From assembly GCA_963693365.1 (NCBI GenBank), contig CAVNZM010000005.1, forward strand, positions 10,439,728 through 10,503,727: 64,000 nt of DNA, in the 5' to 3' direction. Of the stretch, positions 1-16,025 are shown piece after piece. The notes under the pieces are model-generated. The model searched no databases, was not told where the DNA came from, and saw only the letters and a list, made by a program, of their open reading frames with translations. Source of the stretch: Amoebidium appalachense (lineage: Eukaryota; Protista; Ichthyosporea). Within the stretch, counting starts at the first letter, position 1; each line of letters opens with the position of its first letter. A program made the position numbers and the translations under genes.

Positions 1-1450
1 AATGGGGTACTGAGTAACGGATTCAATCGTACTCGAGGCCTTTTACAAGGCTCTTTTTTGAGTCCCCTTCTCTTTGATGTCTTTATTGACGACTTAGCGG
101 TAGAAATTCAACAATTTCCAGTTGCCGGCGACTCTTGTGTCTCCGGCCTTTTTTTCGCTGATGATATTGTCTTAGTCACTCACGATCCTTCTATCATGAA
201 TAACATGCTTTCTCGAGTAGATGACTGGTGTTTCCGAAATTTCATGAAAATTGGGATAGATAAATGCGGCACCTTTTCTTCCAATGCACAGTACACTCTG
301 AACAATCAACCTATCCTAATCGTGTCCTCCTATGACTAATTAGGTATTCCTTTCACCTCTAAGGGTATCTGGTTTGAGCGCCTTTTGACTTCGCGCATTT
401 CTCGTGCGCGTGGTCGCTTACATATCTATTAAGGAATATTCGCAAATATCTCTAATATTCATCCTGCCAATTTGCTCACCTTTAATAAAGTTTTTCTTCG
501 TCCATGTTTCGAATATGGCCTCCCGTTACTCTTGTGTGCCCCTCCACGGCAACAGCGTGCGGCTCTTCGGGAATTCAATTCCTTTCAGCGTGAATTCATC
601 CAGTTTATTTCTCGAACCTCGCGTAGGCATCCTTTGGTGGCTCCCTTGCTGAGTGTTTTTGGTCTCCCTGCGGCGCGCCAGCGTATGAATGAATTAGGAC
701 TTCTCTTTTGTTTTCATTTGGTTAGGCTTCCTTCTTATCATCCTTTGTTGCAATTCTTTCCTTCTTTAGCACCTGTTCCCGGCATTTCTAATGTTCGTGC
801 GAAATGTCCTATCCCCAATCTCTCTCCCATTCCGAGATATCCTTTTAAATACTTATCTCCTTTATTTTTCCCTTCTACTAGTTATCAGCAGTATGTTACT
901 TGGTTCCATACTCAATATCCTTTGGCATCGTGGTGATAAAGAGTATTATGGTAGGGCTCTTGAGCCTGTGCTTCTTTTTATATTAGAGACTCGTCTATTT
1001 TCTTTACAATCGTTGTGTAAATTAGCTATTTATATTTATCCTTCCTCTCGTAAACCTACCACACTTACCGATTTTGCAATTCTAACCAATCCTTGTGATA
1101 TAGCTTGGAAATGTTTATTTTGGCGCTGTAACCTTTGTTTCCATAAATGTTTGTGCCACTTTTGTGCAGAACCTTTTTCTCGTAAACACTTAGATAGATG
1201 TATTTATTAATCTCAGATTATTTTGTTAGAAATTAGAAGACTGGCTTATTTAGATAATCCTGATATTACGTCTATTGACTATCTGTTGAACCACGGTATG
1301 TTTAACGAGTTTTCTAGGGTGTATGATTATTTCAGTCGTTATCTCCTCCGTATCCGAGAGTGAGGGCTTTTGTATTTTCTTTCCGAGATATTGGTGATAT
1401 CTCGATGGCTTCTATTTTGCTGAGCCGCTATCAATAAAGTCATTATATAA
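1..1450 (+). mobile_element. Decayed non-LTR retrotransposon (LINE), 3' part: reverse transcriptase plus C-terminal Zn knuckle
   Basis: Shows RT motifs RGLLQGSFLSPLLF and LFFADDIVL, YD*LGIPF with an in-frame stop at 337-339, thumb motif KVFLRPCFEYG, and CHFCAEPFSRKHLDRC near 1160-1205. There are multiple stops/frameshifts, and AATAAA plus an A/T run near 1433-1460. Truncated by the window start; the 3' boundary is approximate. Confidence 0.85.
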
Positions 1451-1473
1451 AAATTTTTTTTTTCCTTGTTCAG

Positions 1474-1843
1474 TTGGAGAAATGGCGAGAACTTGTGTCT
1501 CAAGGTCTGAGCTAACAAATGGCCCTGGAAAAAACACAGCCTGCCTCCCTTCCTCTCCCCCCCACCCCCCCCACCCCCCCCACCCCCGCACAGGCCCTCC
1601 CAAGTCCCCCGGATGTGAGCCCCTCCTGCCCTCTGAAGTGGTCGAAGAGGAAGGTTTATGTAGTTGCGATTGTTGCCTGGGAATAAGGGAACAGAAGTGG
1701 GGGGGGACGGGGGGGGGGGGGGGGAGGCCAGGGGGGGAGGGGGGGGGGGGGGGGGGGGAGAGTAGGGAAGAAAAGAGGAGGGAATAATCTACACACATAC
1801 ACATACGCATAAACACGTACACACGCGCGTGCACAAACACACA

Positions 1844-1874
<31 letters not shown>

Positions 1875-2222
1875 GCGCGCGCGCACGCGCGCATACCTTG
1901 TGGCAGCTTGTGATCCCCCCCACCCCCCCCCCCCCCCCCCCCCCCTTCCTTCCCCGGCGCATGCACACGTACATGCACACATAAACCCATGTATTCCCCC
2001 ACCCCTTCCTCCCACCTCTCCCCCCCCCCTCCGCCCACCTCCCCCCTCCTCCCACACCCATCCACCCACCATTCTCCACACACGGACAAGCATGCCTGCA
2101 CACAGACACGTGCGCGCGCACGCACACACACACACACACAAAAACACACACGCACACACAAAAACACAGACTCACACTCACACGCACACCAACACACACT
2201 CGCACGCATGCACACACACACA

Positions 2223-2293
<71 letters not shown>

Positions 2294-2438
2294 CCCCCCC
2301 CCCCCCCCCCCCCCCCCCCACACACACACACCACCACCACCACCAACCATCCACCCCCCCACTCCACACACACGGACATGCATGCCCCCGCGCCGCACGC
2401 ACACACCCGCGCGCGCACGCGCGCACACACACACACAC

Positions 2439-2508
<70 letters not shown>

Positions 2509-2613
2509 CACTGACTCGCTCACCATCTGTTTCTCCAAACACCCAGACATTCCTCCTCCCCCCACCCTCCTTCAACACACACACACACACACACACATCA
2601 CACACACACACAT

Positions 2614-2649
<36 letters not shown>

Positions 2650-2826
2650 ACACACACAGATGATGGAGTGGCTCACCTCCGTGTCCAGCCCCACCCGTCG
2701 CACCTCGGCCTGGCCGCGGTCACCGACTGTTGGGGCCCAACGGGCACAGTCACCCACCCTGTCCTTCTCCCCCCACATCCGTGTCCCTGTCTTCAGAACT
2801 ACCTCGGACCTGGGAGACCGCATGGG
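1474..2826 (+). CDS. Putative internal exons of an unidentified gene (about 1474-1504, 1594-1653, 2660-2826)
   Basis: Three complex segments bounded by AG/GT among repeats join in frame ([40 protein letters not shown]...). No recognisable domain. Confidence 0.3.
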
Positions 2827-3290
2827 GTGTGTGCCCTTGTGTGTGTGTTTGTTCTTTGTGTGTGTGTGTGTGTGAGGGGGGGGGAGGGGGGCTTGTTGAA
2901 GTGAAGAGCAAGGAGAGGACGGGGAGGAGGAGGGGGGGGAGGGGGTGGAGGTTACACCTGCTTTCCTTACCCTCCTTCACCTACTCACCACCACCACCAC
3001 CACGCTCACCATCAACACATACAAGCACACACGCACATGCCCAGACCCTCTCTCCCAAGGATGAACGTGATGTGCGGCAGTAGCAACCGAACCTACACGT
3101 CGTTACATCTGCCCCGGCATATTTCTCATCGAGGATCACTCACTTACATCCCACTATCTAAACCACTCTTCGGGGCCCCTTTTCTCTCCCGATTAGCAAA
3201 TTTCACTTGCTTCCCATATTCATTATTCCAGTTTCAGTCCACACATTTACTAAAGCATCAGAGCTCTGTCTATTACATCACTTTCATAGC

Positions 3291-3500
3291 TCTACTATAA
3301 GTATATCCATTCCTTCCAATATCTCTCCGAATATCTCGTCTTTACAAATCTACTATAAGTGTATCCACATTCATCCATATATCCCTCCTAGATGTCCTCT
3401 TTACAAATCTACTATCAACACATCCACACTCCTCCGTATATCTCCCGAAAATGTCTCCTCTTCACAAGTATACAATAAATATATTCCATATCTCGCTATA
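3291..3500. repeat. Degenerate tandem repeat, about 59-bp unit, about 3.5 copies
   Basis: Recurrent TCTACTAT...TCCA...TCTTTACAAA blocks. Confidence 0.65.
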
Positions 3501-3682
3501 TATATCTCTCATATCCCCAAATTTCACGTGCAGTGCCCGTCTGAGCCGCGATGATTCCCGTGCCTCTGCAGTAGATCCTCCCCTCCGTCAACAATAACCC
3601 ATGGCCATCCAAGTCAACCCACCCCCCATGGTCGGTGTAGACCCTGGAACCCCCCCTACCGCAAAACAAATTTCGAATTGAG

Positions 3683-3717
<35 letters not shown>

Positions 3718-3779
3718 CCCACCCCCGGCGCCGCAACACACACTCGCACACAAACAACATGCATGAGCACGCACGCGCG

Positions 3780-3853
<74 letters not shown>

Positions 3854-3941
3854 CGCACAGACACACACAGACACACACACACATACACAGACACACAGAC
3901 ACACAGACACACACACACACACACACACACATACATACCGT

Positions 3942-4002
<61 letters not shown>

Positions 4003-4636
4003 GGACGCACACGCACCTGCATGTGCACGAAAATGCACTCACACACGGAAAGTACAAAGCCGTTGGAAAGTGGCATTATACAGCACACAATAGTGTTAAA
4101 GTATGTAAAAATTGATTGGAAATGAGAAAGGGGGTTTACGCTGTTTACTCGAATATGCCAATGTAGGTAAGTGAGAATAGCCAATTGTGTGTGCGAGTGT
4201 GCGTGTGTGTGTGCGCAAGCATATAACAGGCTATGTGTGTGTGTGTGTGTGACGTTTTATCAAAACAGTAAGTGTGTCCTCTAAGATGGGCCCTACCGTT
4301 AAAAGACCAGTATTTGGTGTGGGCCTGGGACTGCCGGAAGCTCACATAGTACCAGGAAAAAATGAGGGGAGAGGGTAGGGGGGGGGGGGGGGGGGGGGAC
4401 ACCAAATCCAATCAGTTTGGCCGCCTTTTGAACTTCCGAGTCTTGTAAAATACGTTAGGCCATCCCCCCCTCCCTCCCTCCCCCCCCCCCCCCTCCCCCC
4501 TCCCCCCCCCCCCCCCCCTTCTCCCCCCCCTTCCCCCACCCACCCAGCCACTCACCCAGCCACCCATGGTCAGCCCCCCCCCCCACCCCCCCCCCCCCCC
4601 CCCACCCCCGGCCTTCCCCCCCCCACACACACTCCT

Positions 4637-4682
<46 letters not shown>

Positions 4683-4833
4683 AAAAAAGCAAAACCCCAC
4701 AATGACAGGCTAGTATATAAGACATACTTCTTTCGTTCCGTCCCCCATTATGCATGTCACAGCTGCAACCTTCTTTTGAGCAAATATTCGCAACGGTTTA
4801 TTTGACCAATAATTTCTTTTTTATTAAAGTTTA

Positions 4834-4964
4834 GGGCGTGTTTGGCAACCCTCCAAAAAGCGTATTCGTATTTATGGCGAAAAGACGATCAATCGTGTTT
4901 ATAGAATTATTTTGTGGTATGCGTATTTAGGGCTGAAATACGATTATGGCGTACCAAACACGCC
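4834..4964. mobile_element. PIF/Harbinger (Tourist-like) MITE
   Basis: TTA|GGGCGTGTTTGG ... CCAAACACGCC|TAA termini with TWA-type flanks. A second right end TGCCAAACACGCCC|TAA lies at 9844-9860. Confidence 0.55.
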
Positions 4965-5910
4965 TAAACACGAAAATTGGGCCCGCCCGATCGTATTTAC
5001 GTTTCATCAGTGGAATGTGAAGAGTGTATGTTTCAGATGTTTGATTGGGCAAAAGGGTGTAAACCAAAAATAATACATGTATTACCTCGAAGTGTAATTA
5101 AAGTCAAAATGGGGCGTGTTTTTTTTTTTTTTTTTGTATGGAATTAAATACTTAGATACTTTGTTATACATCACAATATCTATTCTTATTTCTGTTGTAA
5201 AAAGCATTATGGGGAAAAGAACAGGGACTGACCCAACTTCCACCAAATTGGCAATACCAAGCCATAATAACCATAAAAGGTGCACTGCGGTGCAAATATT
5301 GGATTGGATCAGAGTGATCCAATAGATGCTCATGTCGCTTATGATTGGCTTAAAGTTATATCGCCTTTCGAAAATCACCTCCGGAGGTGATCGTCGAAAA
5401 TACGTTTGTATTTAGAGCGATGTGACTGTCCATCGTCTTTATGTAGCCTTACAGTTAGCGTAAATTGAAACCTGTGGCGCGTTTGGCAGGACACATTGAC
5501 TGATCGGCTTTTTTTTCTTTTCACTGATCGCTGGGCGGCGTTTTGGATTCGATTCCGGCTATGTAATGTCGACAGATTGGCAGCCAACGGCGGCGGCTGC
5601 CGGCAGCCAGCGCCGCAACACGCAGTGTATGTACATATCATATGTTGTAACTAATAACTAATACTATAAAGACCTCATAAAAACGGGCGATACCGCGCTC
5701 CAGGTAACACATTTGCAAACTATAAAGGCCTTTGCAGAAAATGCCGCGCTGGGCCGCCAATAATGTTTGCACTCGCAAGGGACCACACGTGTAGAGTCCT
5801 ACCAAATAATGCTATAGTAAAGCACCGGGCGGCCCGAGGCCCTACACCTATCCAACAACTGTTGTGCCAAATGGTGCCACCATGATGGCGTTTGTCGTGC
5901 ATGCGTGTGG

Positions 5911-6028
<118 letters not shown>

Positions 6029-6279
6029 TGTGTGCCATTATATGTGTGTGTTTGTGTTTGTGTGCGTGCGTGTGCCTGGACTCCGGTGCATGTGTGTGCG
6101 CATGCGTGCACGCCGCACGCATGTGTCTGTGTGTGTTCGTGCGCGCTGCGTGTGTGTGTTTGTGTGCGTGCATGCATGCATGCGTGCGTACATGCGTCAC
6201 GGTTTGCGTGCTTGCGTGTGTCACCACGCGCGCTGTACACGTGCGCGTGCATGCGCGTGTGTGTATGCCCCTGTGTGTG

Positions 6280-6463
<184 letters not shown>

Positions 6464-6784
6464 TGTGTGTGTGTGCACCACAGCGTGTGTTTATTAGATT
6501 TGTAATCGTTTTTAGAGTTCCGGCCACAGGGAGCTCGAGCACAATTTGTCAAACAAACACACTGTATGTTCCTATCGGATCATGAACACACAGCCGGATG
6601 TTATTTATAAAGCCTTCACACTGGTACCATGGTCGGGTAGTAAATTCGAGACAACGAGTAGGCTGTGTTGGAAGCCCCCCCCCCCCCCCCCCCTGGCCCT
6701 TTGTAATGTAGTTATCAGCAACACGTGCACGTGCATGTACACACACACAAACACACACACACACACACACGTAACACCGTGCCG

Positions 6785-6829
<45 letters not shown>

Positions 6830-6986
6830 GCGCGTGCGCGCCCGCACACACACACACACACACGTGGCACCGGGTCACTTTGTTGAACACACACTGTGAC
6901 ATACACACATGCGCGCACGTGCGCACAAACACACATGCACACCGTGCCACACACACGTACACACACACAGTGGTGACACACACCGT

Positions 6987-7075
<89 letters not shown>

Positions 7076-7205
7076 TACTATGTAGTACACCCCTGAAAAC
7101 ACACGTACATACACACACACACACAAACACCATATGCACACTCCGAACTGAAACACACACGCACACCCACACACACGTACAGACACACAGTGGCACACAC
7201 TCTGC

Positions 7206-7265
<60 letters not shown>

Positions 7266-7621
7266 GTGTGTGTGTGTGTGTGTGTGTCAGCTACACTTAC
7301 ACACTTCTAAATATGGAGCCGCACGGTGATGAGGTTTTGGGCAGCTGCGGCGGAGGTGGGACGGGGGGGAAGGGGGGGGGGGGGGAGGTGGGGGGAGGCA
7401 AGGGGGGGCCCAGGGGGGGGGGGGGGGGGGAGGCTGAGAGGAGGAGCTAGGGGCCCGGGGGGGAAGGGGGTGGATCCCGAGCGTCACACGGAGGGCGGGT
7501 TGCCGGAAGGTGGAGAAAGGGGTGGGGAATGGGGGGGGGGGGGGGGGGGGGGGAGGGGGGAGGGGGGGGGGGAGGGGGGTGATTACTCAATTACTTCTAA
7601 TGTACAGGGTCTGGCACACGT

Positions 7622-9530
<1,909 letters not shown>

Positions 9531-9733
9531 CACACGTACAATACGACTGTAGATCTCATGATCATTGAACAGCATCACGGATGCCCACACTGTACGTATG
9601 TGCACAGCCACGCATACACACGCGCACACACAAATACACGTATACTGTATATCATACATACATACTATCATATATCATATATACTATATGATATATATAT
9701 ATATACATATACATATACTATATATATATTAGT

Positions 9734-9775
<42 letters not shown>

Positions 9776-10438
9776 TATGATATATATATATATCGTCTTC
9801 AGGCCGAAAAGACGAAGACGATGAAAAGACGATAAAACTGCGCTGCCAAACACGCCCTAAGGCTTCAGATTTCCGAATTGGGCGATCGATTGATTTGAAC
9901 TTTGGTGCCATCGCTGCTATTAGCATATGTTTATTCTGGTTCATAAAAAATACCGCCTATCTCGGTTTAAAGGACTTTAAACTTGTTAGTAACATTAATA
10001 TGTAAGATTTCGCATTACACTGTGACTGTTCGGTAACTTCATTCTTTAGATGTATATCATTCATTGATTCAAAGCCACCTCCTTGACTCATCAGAGGCTC
10101 TAAAACTTGCATTAATTTTGTGCAAACAGTGCCTGTGTGGCGTCATTGTAGTGGGTGCCGGTGTGGAAGGCCATGGGGATGGCCAGGCGTGGGGCGGTGG
10201 GGTCGTGCAGGCGCAGCTTTGTGAGGTCGACCATCTGCAGGTTACGCACGGCTGGCGTGGAGAAGTACAGCCGCCGGGCGCTGTGGTCGCGCACAACGGT
10301 CCAGGCCGTGGTCCAGTCGTCGGCGCCCTTGGCCAGCGACACGCGCCCAATCATGGCCGTGGCCGCGCTCACGTGGTCCACTGCCGGGTCGCTGGACACG
10401 TACGACGGCAGGTGGGGCCCCAGTGCCCCGGCCCAGGC

Positions 10439-11047
10439 TGTAAACAGTTGAACTAGTTGGGATAAGGCAGAGAACAACTGAATCAGAATAAAGAAGAGAA
10501 CGGGTAGTAAGGCACACGCGGCCAGGTTACTATTTAATGTGCTCGTTCAGAGTGATCCCCCGTACTGGGACGGCTTGTTTATATAGCCCCCAGGTTCCGG
10601 ATCATCTGGATGGGTGGCATTGATGCCTTCGTGACTTCTGACCAGTCAGAAGAGTGCGGTCGTCTTTATGTGCACACAGTGCACCAATAACATGAAGCTA
10701 ACTAAAAGGATAACTTTGTGGCAAATGATTGGTCAATACTTAAGCCCGTTTAGGTTTATGCAACTGGGTCTGATTTCCTTATTGGTTCCGTTCGTTTAGC
10801 TATAGATGTCGCCTCCGTAGTGGATGAGACTTGCATTCCTATCCTAGCGGTTCTCGAATTCTATTGGTTCATACTGACTGCACGGCCACTGCATATTGCC
10901 GGCGCCGCGGCTCAGTCGTGAGCCGCAGCCCGCGGCTGTCGCGTGTGATATTGATCTGATCATATGTACACAATATCTACGTGATCACTATGATATGTAC
11001 AGTATATTCGTAATAGTAAACATGTACGGCGTGTACAGATGTTTACA
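10439..11047 (-). repeat. 3' LTR (609 bp)
   Basis: Direct repeat of 18079-18688 with TGTAAACA...TGTTTACA ends. The polypurine tract AAGGGGGGGAG lies on the minus strand at 11048-11058. Confidence 0.97.
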
Positions 11048-11112
11048 CTCCCCCCCTTCTCGGGAGCCTGGTGGTATGGTCTGGAGACGGTAAACCACCA
11101 GGCTGAGGGAAG

Positions 11113-14100
11113 TTAGCGACGTCGGCGCTTCTTTCGTGCGGGCTGGCTGGCAGGGCCGGCCACCAAAGTACCTAGGTAGTCTGTGAGTGCTCCTGCGGCT
11201 GTGTCTTGCAGGCCGGAGTGAGGTTCCCAGGTGTCGTTCTTAGCCGTGTACCCTTTCCAACGAACTTTGTAAAGGGCTTGGGCAGTTGCCGAGTCGTACT
11301 TGTGGGCAATAATTTTTGCCACTTCGAAGGTGGGGGTGGGTGAATCTTGCGGACCAGAGTCGGCTGGCGTCATATCAACGTCGTCACGGGGAAAATACGG
11401 CTTCAAGTGACGTGCGTGTGCTCGAACGGTGTCCGTTGACCCAACCCGCTGAATTTCGTAAGACATGGGGGCGTCGGTAACGCGCCGCAGGACGCGATAC
11501 GGACCTTCCCATTTAGGTCTGAGTGCCGTGGGTAGACTGTGGTCGGTGGTGGAGTCTGTGACTGCTTTCAACACCAGACCCTCGAGTTCTGTGGGTTCAC
11601 GAGCATTTTTGTTAGCCGTGATTTTACTACGACGGGCAGCTTCAGACATAATTCGTGTGACTGTTTGCCGGGCATACTGCACTCGTTGCAGTAGTTCTCG
11701 ACGGTATTCCTCCGTCTCCATCCCACATGAAGCCGCAATTGGGGGGCGGGGGGGCTCGACCGGATCTCTGCCATAAAGCATGAAGAATGGCGTGTCCCCC
11801 AAGGAAGAGTGGTAGGCGGTGCGGTAGGAAAACAGTACTTGCGGTAAGTAGTCAATCCATTCGTGGTGTTTATCCTGCACGAGAGTGGCAAGAATATTCT
11901 TAAGTGTGCGATTGAATCGCTCTACGGCACCATTGGTCTGGGGGCTGTAGGGACTTGCAAAAATTCGTTTTGTAGCCAACACTCGACAGACATCTGTGAC
12001 CAACATAGCTGCCAAATTCGCGCCGTTGTCTGATACTAAAAATTCCGGACGACCGTGACGGCAGTAGATGGAGTCTTCGAATGCCTTTGCCACATCTTCG
12101 GCTGTGGGTGTTTTGTGAAATAAAATCACTTCCGGCCAGCGAGTGAAGAGGTCGAGAAACACCAACAGGGAAACTCTGAGATCAGATTTCGTAGGCATCT
12201 CAGTAATGTCCATAGACACGTATTGAAAGGGATAGGTGGGGATAAAACCATCGTGAATTCGTAGTTTCTTTTGCATTCGGGGTGTCTTCCGGTATTGACA
12301 GGCTTTGCATGTGGTTACCCACTGCACCGAGTCTTGCCATACACGTGGCCACCATGCTATCTGGGTAACACGGTGGAAGGTGCGTGCTGCGTCGAGGTGA
12401 CCTGCGGTTGGGGCGTCGTGACATGCGGCCAAAACGAGGCGCACAAGCGTAGACGGCACCCAAATTCGTGGTTCCTTGCTGGGTTTGCGGGGGCCACGCT
12501 GTTCTAGGACCCACACATACACAAGGTCATTGTCTATGGTGCAGCGACTAGCTTCCATCGCGATTTCGTTGCCAAATAATTCGTAGCCCGGTGCTTTTTC
12601 CAGGTAGGCCCTGACTTTCGCAATGTGTTTATCAGCCTTCTGTGCTGACACATACTGTTCATAGGTGGGCATTCGTCCATCCGCTTTTGGGGGAATAAAT
12701 TCTGGCGGCGTGGTATTAGGTTTCGTGGGTTCAGCTGGGGGTGGGTGGGTGGCAGCTTGTGCCTGCGCTGTCGCTGCGGCGGAGCGTGTTACCGCAAACA
12801 CCGTGGACGAGCCCGAGACTGTGCCGATCAGTGAGGGGTATGTCAGCTCAGTATCTTCGGGTCCTGGTTGCGCATTTTCTTTAGATGGCCGAGAGAGTCC
12901 ATCAGCATTGCTGTGGTGTTTGCCCGCCCTGTGCTGAATTTCGTATGTGTATGCGGAAAGCGCCATTTGCCAGCCTGCAACAACAGGTTCCGGTGCATCG
13001 CCGGTAGACAGAATGCGCGTCAAGCTGGAGTGGTCGGTTCGTAACAAGAAAGGAGCCCCATAGGTGTAAGCGCGAAATGCTTTGCACACAGCCCAATACA
13101 CACCTAAGGCTTCCCTTTTATTCGCCGCATAATTTCGTTCACTCTTAGAGAGTGTTCTGCTAGCATAAGCTATGGGTCGTTCTTTGCCGTCATCACCTAC
13201 CTGCGAAATCACTGCGCCCAGAGCATACTGTGAAGCATCTGAGTCAACAATAAAAGGTTTGGTGAAATCGGGGTGAGCAAGCACAGGTGCATTAATTAAC
13301 GCATTCTTAAGGGTATCGTATGCTTTCTCCTGTTCCGTACCCCACACCCATGCAGCATTTTTCTGTGCTTTCTTTTTCGTGGCCAAAATAGCTGCAGAAT
13401 CGGCGTGCAAATTTTTTGCTTCGTCTTTTCCATCAGATGTCGTTGTTTTGCGCTGCCGTTGCGTTTGGCGGGTTTCGTAGAGGGGGGCATTTTTGCGTGA
13501 ATTCGTTTTAGTAATTCTGAATCCTCCTTCGAGGTGCCCAGCATTCGCGTGAGTGGTTCAGCCGTATGGCTGAAATCGTCCACAAATATTCGATAATATG
13601 AAAATAACCCGAGGTCACTTCGTAGCTCAGATAAATTTTGTGGGTAGCTTTTATTCTTTATTGCTGCCACTTTTTCTGGGTCTACCTTAATACCATCCGG
13701 GCATACGCGATGGCCTAAATAGCCAACTTCTTCCATGAACAAAGAGCATTTTCTGCCTTTCAGTTTTAATCCTGCATCACAGAGCCGGGAAAAACATGAA
13801 TCTAAATGCCCAAAATGTTCTTCGATAGTGGGTGACATAACTAATATATCATCGAGATATATGAGTACATGTGTCCACAGCATACCAGCGAATACACGGT
13901 TCATCATCCTTGAAAAGACAGCAGGCATGTTACTTACTCCAAAAGGTGCGCGTGCGAATTGATACTGCCCCCAGGGGGTGGTAAATGCAAGTTTTTCTTT
14001 GTCGTTATCGGCTACTTTGACTTGGTGGTAACCACCGTTTAAATCAAGTGCGGAAAACACGCGGGCACCTCTGAGCATACCCAGAGCCATGTCAATTCGT

Positions 14101-15932
14101 GGTAAAGGGTAACCGTCTTTCTTCGTAATCAAGTTCAGCATTCTAAAATCAATGCAGACTCTTAAAGACCCGTCCTTTTTCGCCACCAACACCATCGGAG
14201 CGGAGTAAGGGCTGGACGCAGGCTCAATCACTCCAAACTCTACCCAATTTTGAATTTGTTTGTGTAGGCTATCGCGAAGGTGATGTGGGATGTTATAGGG
14301 CCTGCGGTACTGTGGTATGGTGGTAGTTACTTCGATCGACAGTTCGTCTAAGGTACTCAAACCAAAGTCGTTGTCGTGTGCAGAGAACACATGCTTCCAT
14401 TTCTTAAGCAGTTTTCGTATCCGTTTCGCCAACGGTTTCCGTTGGTCTGGGGGAGTTCCAGGCATGTCGTATTCTTCTGGAGGTTTGACCCCAAAAGGCA
14501 AGTCGTCGTCTGTGGCGGCTTCCCCGTCGGAGGTACATTCGTGCGTACGCTTTCGTAAATTATTCGTATCCTCCAGTGCAGTGGTAGATGGTGCCCCATC
14601 TGCTGCTTCGATAGTAGGTGGCCCTACCTCTGGTTTTGTTCGTGCTGGATTACCAAAACCATTCATTTTCGTGGAACTGCGCTGTGTGGTGTTCTCTTTC
14701 GTACTCATATTCATAATTTTACTCCGTTCACACACCTTAATACTACCGTTAATATTAGTAGCCGCCTGGAAAGTGTGTGGTTCGTGTTCGGTGGGTTCTT
14801 CGGTTGATTCCTGCGAAGAAAAGTTCGTTTTAGCAGAGGTACCTAATGGATGGCCAGGGTGTGGGGTTGTCGCCCTCCTGGTTCCATTACCGGAGTGTGG
14901 ACGTGCTAAAAGAGTAACAGTGTCATCTGATTGCAAGGGAATAAACATGGCCACCTCCGTACCAGGGCCTAGGTACACATGATGGTCCGATGTGTTAGTC
15001 AACAACACCTTGCATTCGTATTCGTCCTCGATCACACTTTCTTCGCTAGTGGAGAGGGGGGGTTCGTTATTCGAAATTCGAGCTAAACTGGTGACACTGC
15101 ATGCTGTTGTGTAAGCCCGTGAATTAAGTGGACCGCATGGAACCACTGTGCCCATACAACAGTCTAAAGTTCGTGGTGGTGGTGCGCCGGCAGCGAGTTT
15201 TATTTTACACGTTGCGATATTTGACGCATCTACCGGGAGGTGAATACCTGTGGTGGTAATTAATACGCGAGAAACAGCTGTCTCCTCCGCACTCCCACGC
15301 AACCACCACACCGGAATACTGCACCTGCGATTTCCCTTAGCATACATGAACGAAAGTTCTGCAGCACCGTAATCAATTCGTCCCTGTTGTGGCCCCATGA
15401 AATCAACACCTAATAAGGCATCATATGGTAGATTATCAATCACATGCCATCTGTGCACCACTAGAGCAGATTCGTTGGGAATGGCGAGAGTGAGAGATAT
15501 ACTTCCTTGGCATGTCATTTCGTTACTTTGTGCATCCAGTACACTAAAATTAGGAACATGCTGAATTCGTTTTCTTGCCACTACAGGGAGAGATTCGTAA
15601 AATGCTGTGCTTATACAGCTATGGCTAGCACCAGAGTCGACAATTACTGTGACTAGCTTCCCATGCACATACATTCGCGCAAGTGTGGCTGTGCATTTAT
15701 TTTCGTGGGTTAATGTGCACACAGTGGCATTTTCATGCCGTGGTTCTGCAATGGAGGAGTGCACACGGTCAGCAAAATGCACATTTTTCTTTTTGCGCGG
15801 GGGCGGGGTGTGCGTGTGCATGGGGGGGTCAGTACACGGGGGTAACTGTTCGTGGGGGGGTGGGGCACATGCAGATTCGTGGGAGGGCTCCGAGACAACA
15901 GAAATTTCCGCACCAGTAGATTTATTTTGCAA
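11113..15932 (-). CDS. pol: Pol polyprotein (PR, RT, RNase H, integrase, chromodomain), split by a -1 frame change between about 13557 and 13400
   Basis: Motifs: IVDSGASHS (protease), PFG...YLDD (RT), DSDAS/TDH/ADGLSR (RNase H), HDAPTAGH..CKAC, SMDI/SDNG/AVER and GPY (integrase), FEVAKII..YKVRWKGY..DTWEP (chromodomain), terminal RKKRRRR. Confidence 0.93.
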
Positions 15933-16025
15933 TTTATCTGCCAGAGGGGAACACAGTTCCAGCTCTGCTATTAAATCAAATACATTATGTTCTACTGGGG
16001 AGAGACCAGTCCCTTGCCCGCCTTC

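Noticed and set aside
337-339. TAA within the YD*LGIP motif as possible codon reassignment
   Set aside because: The element has further stops and frameshifts, and TAA terminates the RNR and PRA1 genes normally.
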